Shown one piece after another: positions 11,523 to 24,456 of a DNA stretch of 34,832 nucleotides (position 1 is its first letter; each line of letters opens with the position of its first letter). The position numbers and the translations under genes were made by a program. Under the pieces are notes generated by a model, which ran no database searches, was not told where the DNA came from, and was given only the letters and a program-made list of their open reading frames with translations. Source of the stretch: Trichinella spiralis (lineage: Eukaryota); assembly GCF_000181795.1 (NCBI RefSeq), contig NW_003526943.1, positions 8,215,331 through 8,250,162 on the forward strand, in the 5' to 3' direction.

Positions 11523-14130
11523 TTCGATATTCATATCTGTACTTTTTGTTCCATTTTTTTAACATTTATCAAATTTAATCAAATCAAATATCCAATAAAT
11601 CAATAATACATGCATGCTCAAAATAATAACAACAATAATAATAATAATAACAAGAACAAGAACAAGAATTGACTTATCGATAAAGTTATTGCTGCACTGA
11701 GTGTGGAAAATTTTCAACATGCAGAAAAACTCCTACTCTGCCCCAATCACAGCTAAGCTCAACTTGAGACACAGTGGAATCGATCCAGCCTGAAACAGAC
11801 ACGGGAGATTAATGAAGTTCGCAGAAAATCTTATTTTCTATATTTATCCCAAACTTCAAAGCAAGCAAAGTTTAAAAAGTCAACTTCAAATCAACGTTCA
11901 ACTTTAATATGATATTATAATAATAATAAATATTATTTGTTTTATTATTTTTCAAAATCCAAATACTTTCTTTTACTGAAATGATGCATTTGATGTAAAT
12001 GAAATCAAAGTAAGCATGACAAATTGTACATATAACAACGTTATTAATCAAATGAAACAAATGTGAATACAACGACTAATAAATAAATGAATGAATGAAT
12101 GAATGGACAAAATTCTTAACATTTCATTAATTAAATAAAAAAATTACATCATGAATGTTATAAAAAAATATTACCGTTGCCAAACGTCTAATACATTGTA
12201 ATTATTGCAATGAACTAATAAATCATAACATCGACAGATATGATTCGGTTTTTATACACAAAATCATTTTATTATCTCAGTCTATAATATGCAAAAAAAA
12301 TAAAATCTAAAATTGCCTAGTTACACAACAATTTGCAATTTCTATGATTTGTTTCCATCTCCTTGTCATTTGCTTGATTTAAAAATTAGTACCTGCATCT
12401 GTGCAAACAATTTGCTGTTTGCAAATATTTTCATATTTCTGAATAAATGAAATGATCTCATGAATTGAAAAAACAAGAAAAAATCACAGACAATCAAAAT
12501 CAAACCATCTGTATTGCTAAATTACGATTAAAATGAACGCTCAATTAATATAATATCGTTCACAGCAAATGTCAGAAGAAAACTGCACACAGAATAACTA
12601 ATTAACTAAACAGGCTCCGAATTAACCATAGCTTGGTCAGAAAAACAGAAATTTTTATATCAAATCATAATAAATGCTTCTTTGAAACATGCAAAATATG
12701 AAACATTTATTATACAATCTATCTTCAAATGCTTCTTACCAATACTGCGATCTGTTATATTGAAAAATTGATTTTCTTTCCCTTTTTCATTTCTGCAAGA
12801 ATCGACTATTAGCAGTAACGCTTGCTCAAAATAATAACAGGCAATTTTGCTGGCTGATCTTACAATACTACAATGTACATGTGCACCTGGCATGCTTGAT
12901 TTATATCATAAAATAAATTCTCAATTTCTGAAAATTTTAAACCACAATATAATTTAGAAAATTGCCAAACAAACATCATTTTAATCGCACTTATATGTAT
13001 ATATGTAGATATTATACTTAAAGAAAAACAAGCAGATATAAGATACATGATATCATGCAATGTAATGCATCATTTACAGCTTTTATAAAATTTACATAAT
13101 ATTTTCAACCAAATTTTCTTCAACTTATTCAATAAATACGAATGAATTATCATAAAAAATGAAAAGAACATTATACTTGAACGTTCTATTCAAATAATAA
13201 CTTACAAAAGATTATTCAAATAATGTATTATAGTTGAAAAAATATTTTTAAAATTATTTCACAATAAAGTTAAAAGGCATAAATTAAATGGAGAATTCTT
13301 TCAACATTTTCAATGTTAATTCTTCATTCCATTTTTGATGAGATTATAAATCAGTAATCACGTAACAAAGCATGTCTAACTTAAAATGCTCACGCTAAAT
13401 TAGTTTTCATTTTCTATTTTATTGCTTGTAACATGACCAAGTTATACTTTTGTTGCTATGTTGATTTTCCATGCATGTAATTCACATGTGCACTTGATTG
13501 CTTCATTCCATTATATATATATATATATGTATATTGTTCTGTATTCACATTTATTAATTTTTTCACATGTTGAGAAAATATTTCACATTAAACCATTAAT
13601 AGCATCAGATAACATCATATAAAAAGTTTTGTAAGATATTCAAAATGGATGAACAAAAGGAAATTTTATTTTGTCAATGTTTTTTTCAAATTAAATTAAT
13701 TTCACTACAGAGAATATAGACAAAATAAAATGTTAACTTGAAGCAGTTTTGAAAAATTATCGTTTTAAATATCGTAATTAAAGCCTATATAAATAAAACT
13801 CACAGATACAAAGCTAGTATGTGAAATAACTTTAAAGTTTATAAATTTCAAAATAAGTCGCGTATAATCGCAGTCGACTAAAACTTTTTGGAAAATAAAG
13901 ACTCAAAAGTAGAATAAGAAATAATAAAAAACCATTTGTATAATATTAATGTATGATAAAAAAAATATGAAAGGACACCTTTTAAATTCAAAGAACAACT
14001 GAATATTTTAATAAAAAATTCATAAACTTCCTCCATGTACTGTTCGGACTTTTTGCATTCAAAAAATTTTTATTACTGAACATTAAACTAAAGTAAATAA
14101 TTCGTGCAATTGAAAATGGTATACATTGTA

Positions 14131-15279
14131 CAGTCGCGGACTTAAAACTCGCGGACTTTTGATGGAGTAAATGATTTACCAATCAGAGTAAATGGAAAAT
14201 TTAGTTTATTTTACAGCATTTTGATGACCATCTACATAGGGTCACTTTCAGAAAAACGGTGAACATAAATGCGGAAGCTGAATTTAATTGTTTACCTTCC
14301 AATATCAAGCTAATATCATAAAAACAAAACCCGGAAATCTCTACATCTTATTTACATTCTACTGTATTTATATAATATAGATCTGCAGGTTTAGTGTAAG
14401 GTTTTCAATTGTGAGGATCCACTCCATAACAGTAATGATGAAGACTCACCCAACTCAGATGCTAATTAATCATTACTAATAAGAGAAATAAACAAAAATG
14501 AATTCAAAAAGGGCTACTGTAAATGAGTGGTTGGTTTGCGGAATGACTGGCAACTGTCCAACAGACCAACTGACTTTTGGTTCTTCGTCTGTTCTTCACA
14601 TATATTGTACAGCTGCTGCTGAACGTTAACGAAATCGAACTATACTTGTCAATCAAGAATATAAGCATAAAATCATAAAATAATACTTCAAACAGTGATA
14701 TAAGAAATAGATAAATAATAAATTTCAGCTAAAACTCAAAATTTCACAAGTTTTTTGAAAAAATTAATGTTCGAAGAACTTGTGAAAATTCTGCATGCAC
14801 TTAAGCAGGTAGCAAGTGAAATTTTATAAGCGGATTCAAATATGGTTCGCGCGATTAAGTTTAAGCCTGATTTAGAAATAACTGCGGAACCATATCAGCG
14901 AATTCTCTATAAAATGAAAAAAAAGAAGAAACAACTTCTGATAACGATGTTTTTCAAAAAAGATGCGCCGGCTAGTCCATCCACTTTTGGCAAGCATGCA
15001 TGCAAGAACGCAGCCCCCCCCCCCCCATTTTGATTCTTATATTCTTAAGAATTGCATTGTAGACTATTATATGTATATTAATTGTAGATATTTATATGAT
15101 AAATATTTAGCTTGCAAATCAATAAACGTTCCGTAACATCCCATGCAGTTTACAGACAATTGCGTAGGACTATAAGGCATCTGCAAAGCAAATAAACAGG
15201 AGCGGCATGCATTCACGGATTTTCGAATTCACGACGGTTATCTCTGGAACGCACAACCGCGAATTTCAAGGGCCGACTG
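14131..15279 (+). mobile_element. Decayed, internally deleted pogo/Tigger-type (Tc1/mariner superfamily) DNA transposon
   Basis: The ends read TA|CAGTCGCGGACTTAAAACTCGCGG ... GGAACGCACAACCGCGAATTTCAAGGGCCGACTG|TA, giving a TA target duplication, CAGTCG/CGACTG termini and an imperfect TIR. Internal 14762-14965 encodes KLMFEELVKILHALKQVASEIL*ADSNMVRAIKFKPDLEITAEPYQRILYKMKKKKKQLLITMFFKK, resembling the Tigger/TIGD transposase C-terminus (DPNxER...YxxIYxEKK...QxxxxxFFK), with an in-frame stop. Confidence 0.75.
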
Positions 15280-16040
15280 TATTAGTGACATAATACATGT
15301 CACAGCAGTTAAAAATTTAAAGCATTATAAATTATTAAACTTAAATTATACTGGGAAAATACAAAGCATTCTTTTGAAAAGGTCATTCACAAGTAGTTTT
15401 GAAATTTTGAAAATGTTATTCATGAAAACTTAAACGTCAATTACAGTATGATAGAAAGTAATTGAATTGTAAAAAACAGTTATAAACATATTGACGTAAA
15501 TAATAGACAGCAAAATTAAATAGAAACAGTTGAATAAAATGAAAAAAAGAAAATAAAGCTTCTTTGTATGCCAATGAAAAATAACTGTAAATTTTATATT
15601 CATTAAGTTTCATGCCAAACGACAGTTATTTAAAAAATGCGTGCAATCCAACAGCATTGCATAGCAATAATAATAGTATTGCTTAATCTTAACCGTACAA
15701 AAATATAATCTCATTCATCGCTTGATTCTGGATATTAAACAAAAGTAAAAAATGAAATTTTTATTGTTGAAATAACACAATTACCATTGCGAAAGAAGAT
15801 TTGTGTAAAATTTCATTCAAATCAATAATTACTATCGACTGCATTTATTGCCTCGATGAAATACGTAGTTTGCTTACTATAAGCCATCGGATTCATTGCA
15901 GAATAGCAAAGAAAACTCCCATTGCATAATAAATGTATAATTTGATATCTTCCGCCTGGCGAAAAGCTCGAATTACACTGCCGAATGGAAAGTTATACAA
16001 CTGATTTTGAAAAGCAGCCAAAGTGATCACGGTACGCAAA

Positions 16041-16051
16041 ANNNNNNNNNN
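16041..16051. other. Assembly gap (11 N)
   Basis: Run of N characters. Confidence 1.
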
Positions 16052-16398
16052 TTTGTTCCGTTTGAAGCGCCAACATTGTACAATTGAAATTGGCAACAGT
16101 ACTGGATTTATGCATATACGATGGATAATTTATCACTTGTTCAGTGTAATAAATTGATATTTCATGCTGTTGAATGTGAAATGGTGCTCGGCTCGTGTTC
16201 GACGTTCAAAGTAATCGCTTTGTTGGGATTTATTTGGCTGGAGTTGTTTTGGCAATGAAGTGACCAAATAGAAATTGATAACATAAAAAGTTCTACCAGG
16301 CCAATTGTAAAAAATGTGCCAAAACTGCACCGATGATATTGGAAATGGTATTTACGGCCACTGTGGTCTTAAAAGGATTGTTGATTCATTTAGCAAAT

Positions 16399-16518
16399 GT
16401 CTACGATCATACCACGTTGAAAGCACCGCATCCCGCCCGATCTGCGAAGTTAAGCAACGTTGGGCTGACGTCAGTACCAGAATCGGAGACGGTCTGGGAA
16501 CACGCAGTGTCGTAGACA
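16399..16518 (+). rRNA. 5S ribosomal RNA gene (variant copy)
   Basis: GTCTACGATCATACCACGTTGAAAGCACCGCATCCCGCCCGATCTGCGAAGTTAAGCAACG...AGTACCAGAATCGGAGACGGTCTGGGAACACGCAGTGTCGTAGAC. Helix I (GTCTACGA/TCGTAGAC) pairs perfectly, box A-like AGTTAAGC and loop E AGTA/GAA are present, and the length is ~120 nt. Confidence 0.95.
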
Positions 16519-16519
16519 C

Positions 16520-16523
16520 TTTT
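16520..16523 (+). terminator. RNA polymerase III T-run terminator of the 5S gene
   Basis: TTTT immediately after the 5S 3' end. Confidence 0.7.
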
Positions 16524-19500
16524 CCATCAACTGGCATGTTTCCATTATTCATTTCGTTTCCATAATGTAGCGTAGATCGCAACTGCTATACATTTTTACT
16601 GTAAATTACAAATAAATTTATATTTTTGTAAACGCGTTTCAAATGTATTGTTTTGCCTGATTTGTGATCTGATCATTTTTTATTCACAAACGAAATTCGA
16701 AACGAAAACAAAATTTATGAAGAAAAGAAGGAAAAAAGAGTATTATTTGTTTTTTACAAGATCAGCTGAATTGATGTTCAAGTACATCGAAGTGAATTTC
16801 ATGTTTAATTGTTTGACTGAAAATTCAACAAATGGTTAACTTGATTTTCTCTTTTCAATGAAACAGACGGTTGATTTGAGAAAATAAAAAAATAATAATA
16901 GAATAGAAGAAAGATTTTTTAATGACTAGACAAACAATCAGTTGGTATATTTTTGAAATTTGTTCAAGTTAAGTGAAAAGCAGCAGCAGCACAGGCTTGA
17001 AATAAATTGCACTCACGGGCAAAGTGTCGACGACGTCAGTGTTCCTATTTAATTTTGATCTTAAGCTTGATGTTTACTGAAATATGCAAATTTCAAAACA
17101 AGAGTATTTGTAAATGAGGTGTCGATTATTTTTGTTCACTGTATATTTTAATTTTGAAAAACATGTCCTTTGAATCAGCATTATAAATGATTTGTTTTCT
17201 TACTTTCTTATTCATTTTATGTCTTATCGTTGAGAAATAAACAAAACAAGGAAAAGTGATTGTTGCTTTTGTTCTCTATGTTTGTTCGTTTGTTTGTCGA
17301 AAGTTTCCTTATCATTTACTGATAAAAACGCATTCTTTTTTTCAATTCTACACTAAATGCTCACCACTGATGCATACTGTGTATGCTATTCAAAAAACTG
17401 GTTGAATATTTTATTTTCAGTTTTTTATTCATCTTTACAGTATAGTTTTGTTGAATTAAATAAAATGAATGAAGCAATATAAATAAATAAATGTATGTAT
17501 ACATACAGCGCTTGTGAATGTAAAAATTTCACGTGAAGACTTCAGAGTTCGTCGTTGTTTTTTTAATATTTATTTCTCTTTGTTTTTTAATAATTAATAT
17601 TTTTCAGTTTCGATAAAACTCTGGGGTCACGACCTTTGGTATATTTATGTGACCAGGGTGCGGTTATTCCGTTGGTCAGTCTGCTGTTTGCTTTGATTCC
17701 TCCAACGATTCTCTCTGTCCATTGCTGGCGACCTTGCCACAAAATCAACACCGGCTAAATTGTGTTTCCAAGCGACTGACTGCTTGCTCTGTCCACTTAT
17801 TTATATGCATAAATCGCAGACTGCGCTTCGCCTTTTTGTTTATTGTCGAACGACCAACCCAAACAGCAAATTAATTGTCCAGCATAAATTTTCAACAGCA
17901 ACACTCTCGACAATTTCTTCTATCAAATTACCGTATTTTATCGCTTTTCTTCCCTTTTCAATATCTAATAAACAAACCAACACCACGGTAAGTTTCAGAT
18001 TTTTATTCCTAATTTTAAAAAATTTTCTTTTATTGTCTACTTTATTGAAAATTTCCATTTCATCAATATTCACTTATAACAAAATCCGACTCTCATGCGT
18101 AATTATTTATACTGTGAAATGAAAATTTTAATAATTCTACGAAAAAAGTTGTTCAGAGTATTAAATTTTACACTGTCATTTTATTAATGATGATGAAAAA
18201 TTATTTCACTATCTGTTGATCACTTTTCAACAAAACACACATCACATACAATGCAAATAATCAAATGTACAATATCCAACAACTAGTGTTGTTAATAAAT
18301 GTATTTATTATAAATTTTTCCAACTTATGTTGTTATCATCTAGATTTTTTATGAATATGAACAAATTTTGATATCTTTGAATTAGCTGACAAACAATTGT
18401 TCTCTTATTCACTTTTCAACTAACTTCATTGTGACCAGTATCACTTGCAGTGATAAACTGTTATCGTCATAGGTGATCAAGTTTGAAAATTGAAATTTCA
18501 AATTGATCAAATTTTCTCTTTTAATGTAAAATAATTTAAATCAAATGATAATCTCTTCTGAAATAATTGTCTCTCCATTTAATGCTATTTTTAGCTCAAT
18601 TAAGTACTATAAAGCTGTTGGATGTTGAAGAAATTGACACAATGTCACGGCAAATGTCGATTTTCAACATTGCGCGCATTTTGTTTGCTGTTAATGCAAT
18701 TTTTTAATATTTATTTTAATCATTACTTACTGACGTCTCATTAAATGAGAAATGAAGTTCTTCGTCTTCAGATGTAAAATCTCTGTGCTGAAAATTATTT
18801 CTGGCAATTGAACGGCGCAGAAAATTTTTCAATTCTACAGTTCTATTAATGACGAAAATCATTTTTACCTAAGCTCTATAACAAAGGATGATTCGTCAGC
18901 TGCTTCAGTAAAATTTGTCACACGCTGCTATAGTGCGATTGAATTTACGTTCCATTTATGATAAACCACCGGTGAAAGTTTTTACAATGATCAGCATTGG
19001 AATTTTTTTAAAATTAAATTTCATCAAAATATTTAATTCATTAATTGCAAATTTTACACAACTGATCAATTATTAATTTCACTCATCATGTTCATTTTGT
19101 TCATGAAACTTTTTGCGTACAATTTAAACAACCACTAAGCTCTACTGTGCGAAACGATTTTTTGTTTTTGTTTTTGCACTTTGTTAAATTTAAATCAGAT
19201 TTTTGGTTGAATTTCAACATCTTCTCTATCCGTGGGCGAGCTGACTATCAACTTGTAGAATGTTACATTTTATCTGCATTCAAGTAATTTATTACAGATG
19301 ATTGAAAAATTTTTTTCTTTTTTATTCACATAATCATGATTTACATTTTTAATCAAGATATGATAGGAATGAAGTGTTCTTCTTGTTTTGAAAATATCAA
19401 GTATAAAAGTTTTGTAAATTTTTTTGCCGGTAAAAATTAAAACCTCACTCGCGGATGACAATGTACTGTAGGATATGTATAATGTACCTGAAAATCACTA

Positions 19501-20000
19501 ATACAGACGATAAATTGGAGAAACGAGATTGATCGACCGGTCGAAATTCGTCGCCTGGCCAGCTCTGATCGACGTCCAGTGTGCGCGTTGATCGGTTTTC
19601 TGTAATCACAGGCCGGCGGTTCTCTTTCAAAAATATACCTTCATCAGTTTATTAGCATGTTTTGCATCTCTACCACTCAGCTGTTTGTTCTTGCTGAAAC
19701 TGCATGGTATTTTTGTTGTTGTTATTGTTGTTTTGTTTTCTTTTTTTTGTTTGTATTTTATTTTCTTGTTTCAAACTGTTTATTGATTTGGTGGGGCGTG
19801 TCGATTCAGGTAACGGATTTCAGTTGTGTAGTTTGAGTATCGAGTTTTCGGGCTTTTACTTTTAAGCTGCGCAACTTTTTCTTCTTTTCTATTTTCTTCG
19901 ACTTTTTCTTCAAAATATGATTATTGTTTATCATTATTTTTGGGCAGACGGTTGGCACAGTTCAGCAAGCCGGTAGTGAAAATTCGGTGTGCAAACGTAA

Positions 20001-23000
20001 ATGCGAAGCGCCGGCAACGTGTTAAAGCCGACAACGTGCAGGCGTGATGTCGGTGCCGGGCTGCCGACCCCTGCTAGGCGTTGTACCCGTGCGAAACGGG
20101 TGCGGTTCTTCCGCAACGGGGACCAGTATTTCAAGGGGATTTGGTACGCACTGTCCGAGGATCGATTCCGTTCGTTCGACGCCCTGTTGGAAGATCTGAA
20201 CCGCACTCTGGGCGATCTGGTGAACTTGCCGCATGGTGTGCGCTGCGTGTTTTCAGTGGACGGTGGTCAGCGGATATTGTCGCTGTCGGACTTGGACGAT
20301 GGCCAGAGTTACGTCTGCTCAAGCAACGACGCGTTCAAGAAGATCGACTACGCCAACGTGCGCGAGCCGGTGTGGCAATACGGCTTCACCAAGTCGGGCT
20401 CCAAACCGTCGTCGTTGGCCGACGTTGCCACGTCGGCGGGCGGTGGTCCTCAGCAGCCGTTGACCGCCGCCTCGGCGTCCAACAGTTTCGTATATCCGAA
20501 AATCATCACCGTCATTCGAAACGGCATAAAGCCCAGGCGTGTTATTCGCCACTTGCTGAACAAACGTACCGCCAAATCGTACGAGCAAGTGCTGGATGAA
20601 CTTTCCGTCGCGGTCAAGCTGGACTCCGGGGCGGTGAAAAAATTGTTCACCCTCAGCGGCAAATTGGTTCAATTTTATTATTTATTCACAAATAATACCA
20701 TTGTCGACAATGTTGATGGCATTTATATTCTGCTTTCAGGTGTGTCATTTGGCGGATTTTTTCATGGAAGAGGACATCTTCTTGGCCTGCGGCAGTGAAC
20801 GCATGGGCGTGGATGATTTTTACATCAACTCTGCCGAACTGCACAACGTTCTGCTGCCGTTTCGGTCACGGCACCCCGACACGGCCAGGAACCGTACCGG
20901 TGCCAAATGGAACTCGAACGCCGACCGCGGTTCCTACTTGACCAATTTGAACGAAAAATTTTTGAACAGTAAGCTCATACATGTTAGCTATATGTCTGTA
21001 TATATCTATATATCTATATATATGTATGAAATGCCGCTTTTATCTAGCTAGCTCTGTTTTCAATTTTTTCTAACCAACCATTTGCTGCGATGGTGAAAAC
21101 TAAAGCAGCTGGCACGTACATGATTAGTGGAATAATAATAATAACTTTATTATTAGCATTAGGTCGTAAACGTGGAACGACAATTGCTTGCTTCTGTTGC
21201 CTGCATTCATCAATCATCATCTTCCTTTTGCTTGCTTAGACGAGCAAGCAATATTTTTCTAACCAACCAGCATATGTATTTATTTATTTATAAATTGGCG
21301 AGAAGAGGAAAGAGCCAAAGGTCAAATTTTGTCACACGCTTCACATAATTTGTTTTAAAATTTGGGGCGGTGGCGGCGTCGATTTTAACACTGATAAAGG
21401 CATTTTTAAATTAGAAATGATTTGATTTGATAATTTAAAAAAACAGAAACTTGATATGTTCAATCAACTGCAACTTTGTTTTTAATGTTTGTTTAATTTT
21501 TCAAAAAAAATAGTATATTTATATATTTTACAATTCAGTTTACCTAGAATTTAATTGAGAAGGAGATCAAGATGAATATCTTTGATGTTTGTAGGGTAGC
21601 TTGAGAAAAGAATATCTTGTCAACCCTGACCTTTTTGTTGAATAGAAATTGAAAGTGGCATGAATTTTATACTCTAAGGTTCTGTTCACAGCTTTGATCT
21701 GCATGGAAAATATGTCATATACGTTTATTGATATATGTTTTTTTTTGAATATACAATGCAAAAAATATACGATAAAGATGTTGCTTTTTTAAAATCAAAC
21801 GTTTTATTTCAAAATATTATCAACGTTGAATGCGTATAAAATAGCCATTTGCAAAAGTTGCAGAGGTAGATTTTTACACAAGCCATGTGTTAAAATAGAC
21901 AATTTAAATTTCATTCTTGTGCCATTTTCGATTTTTCCTGCTTTTCCAACAGAATACACATGTATATATATATTTATTTACCTATAGCAACACTGTTTTC
22001 AGTAATTCTTCTTTCCCTTTTTGTGTGTGTGCAATAAAAATTTACTTCCAGTTTAATAAATTTCAAAATGCATTTTACCCTGCGAAGAGGAATTGCTATG
22101 ACTGCTGTCGTTGCAGTTAATTTAATAATTTCGAAAATAATTATTTGATTTGAAACAAATCAAAAGGTTGAATCGATAATTATGTACATTTTAGAAGAAT
22201 ATTCATATTCCTCATTTTATCATATTTAAAAATTATAATTTAGGTCGAAAGTATCAGAATCGTGCTATTGACAAAGCAAAGAAAGCCAAGGTATTTTTAA
22301 TTGTTTAATTTTATTTATTCGTTTTGTATAATTTTTTTCTGTCTAGCTTCTTCAACCGAATGGTCAGAATCAAAAAGATGCTGATGACGATGGTCTTTCT
22401 TCTGGTATGTGTATGAGTGTGTTATTTTCTTGCAATTATGACTTTTTTCTTACGCATTCCGAAACAGTTCATACTACCACCAAGTTGCCATGCATCTCAC
22501 CTGTTATTGATGGTCTTTATTCGATCGGGCGTCTGTTGGGTGATGGAAGTTTCGCCGTAGTATATCATTGCGTGGAAAGGTGAAATTATTTCAAAAAATT
22601 GTTTTTGTTTTTAATTAATTAATATTATGTATTCAAGGAAGAGTGAAGAAAATTATGCTATAAAAATTATTGACAAGAAAAAGTGCAAAAACAAGGAAGA
22701 TATTATAGAGAATGAGGTGCGCTTGTTGCGCAAAGTCAGCCATCCGAATATTGTTCGTCTGTACGATAGCATCAGCGCCGAGGATGCGCATTTTTTAATT
22801 TTAGAATTTGTGCCTGTATGCGTTTCAATACTTCAGTGTGTATTAATTTTATTTTTAATTTAAAAAATTAATATCAGGGTGGAGATTTGTTCGACGCGTT
22901 GGTGTCGGCGACGACGTTCACTGAACCATGCGCTTCTGTTTTGACGCGGAATTTACTATCCGCTTTGGAATATCTTCACGAGTTGTACATTGTTCATCGC

Positions 23001-24456
23001 GATGTGAAGCCTGAAAATTTGCTTGTAATAATTAATTAATTAGTTTTCATCCAATTCTTCGTTCAATGTAGCAGCATCATTTTCAGATCTACGACTACGG
23101 GAACGGATGGAAATATTTGAAATTGGCCGACTTTGGTTTGGCAACTGAAATCAACGAACCATTGTTCGACATCTGTGGAACGCCGACATACGTGGCGCCT
23201 GAAATGTTATCCGAACTTGGGTATGCATGTCGTCAATTCCACACGCATCATGCGTGTACAATAATAATAATAATAATTATTATTATTATTATTTGTTTCG
23301 ATTTTCCTGCATTTCAGCTATGGTTTGAAAGTGGACGTCTGGGCAGCCGGTGTCATATTGTTCATCATGCTTTGCGGGTATCCTCCGTTTGTTAGGTAGG
23401 GTGTTGTGATTGTGGGAAATTTGATTACAACAAGCATTTTTCCATTCTCTACTGATGTTTTGCTTTTTTCACAGCATCAGCGGCGCTCAGGAAGAATTGT
23501 TCGAATCAATATTGTCCGGCAAGTACACGTTCAACAAGCAGTACTGGTCGAATATTTCCAACGCGGCTAAAGTTTGTGCAAAAATTAGAAAATGAATAAT
23601 TTTCCCACTCTTTCCTAGTTGCTACGTTGTTTGTTGTAGGTTTTGATCAACGGCATGCTGCAGTTGAACGCTGACGATCGTTATTCCGCCTCAGAAGTGC
23701 TGCTTCATCCTTGGATACAGGTATTGTTTTTACAAATCTTCCTTTTTTTATATTTTAATTATTTTTTAATGTGTATCAGACTGGAGGAGTGGTTGATCAG
23801 GATTTTGAACGCATGTCTGCCCTTGCTGTGGAATGCATCGAAGCGGAAGAAGCTGAACATGTAAGTGAAAATGCCAAAAACAACAACAACAACAACAACA
23901 ACAGCATTTATATCAAACGTTTATTTGCACTATTATATATTATTATTTTTATATTTCAATCCTCGAGTTTTTTCTCATATTTGAAGAAGCTTTGATTCTT
24001 TTTTAAAATTCATTAAGATTTGGAAATTGTGAAAAAAAAAATTCTTTTTCATCAATTATGAAATTATTTATTGTAAGCAAGTGTTTTCAGCGCTTAGTTC
24101 TTCTGTATTATTAATTAATTAATTAATTCATATATTGCTTGGTGAATACATTGCTGTGCTTTTTTTGAGGGGTGACGATTTGGATCAAGCAGAATTATTT
24201 TAGTAGAGTACAGTACTGTTACTGTTAGAACTAATTCTCCAGTTAGAAGCAAAGTAATGAAAAGTAGAATTTTTGTTCGTTATAAGTATTTGAGAAAAGG
24301 GAAGAAAATTATTTCTGTGGATAATTATGATGATTGTTCACTTTTGTTCAGGAACAGGACAATGAAGAGATGAAGCGTTACTATTCTCGCCGACGAAGTA
24401 TGGACGAATTGTCCTGTATAGCCCCGGATGTGGCGTCAAATTCTTTCTTCTCCTGA
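20001..24456 (+). CDS. zyg-8: Doublecortin-like Ser/Thr kinase (ZYG-8/DCLK), ~670 aa. Exons 20001-20666, 20740-20968, 22244-22290, 22347-22404, 22468-22579, 22638-22815, 22878-23024, 23087-23220, 23318-23395, 23475-23571, 23640-23720, 23780-23860, 24352-24456.
   Basis: DCX1 is [17 protein letters not shown]...[30 protein letters not shown]2 is [33 protein letters not shown]...|[20 protein letters not shown]. Kinase motifs are [54 protein letters not shown] and HPW. All introns are GT-AG and phases are consistent (2,013 nt). An in-frame TAA lies immediately before the ATG. The two small linker exons are the least certain. Confidence 0.93.
23879..23902. repeat. (AAC)n microsatellite in the last zyg-8 intron
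   Basis: aacaacaacaacaacaacaacaac. Confidence 0.9.

Noticed and set aside
16347..16380. GGTATTTACGG...CTTAAAAG upstream of 5S, loosely resembling a spliced-leader exon (SL genes are 5S-linked in many nematodes)
   Set aside because: It is too long for an SL exon, is followed by GA rather than a GT donor, and leaves no room for an Sm site before the 5S start. The TTAAAA at about -30 is more simply an upstream promoter element.
16314..16582. ORFs overlapping the 5S gene
   Set aside because: Incidental reading frames across an rRNA gene.
19934..20672. Multiple alternative-frame and antisense ORFs over zyg-8 exon 1
   Set aside because: Shadow ORFs caused by the high GC of a real exon; no independent motifs.
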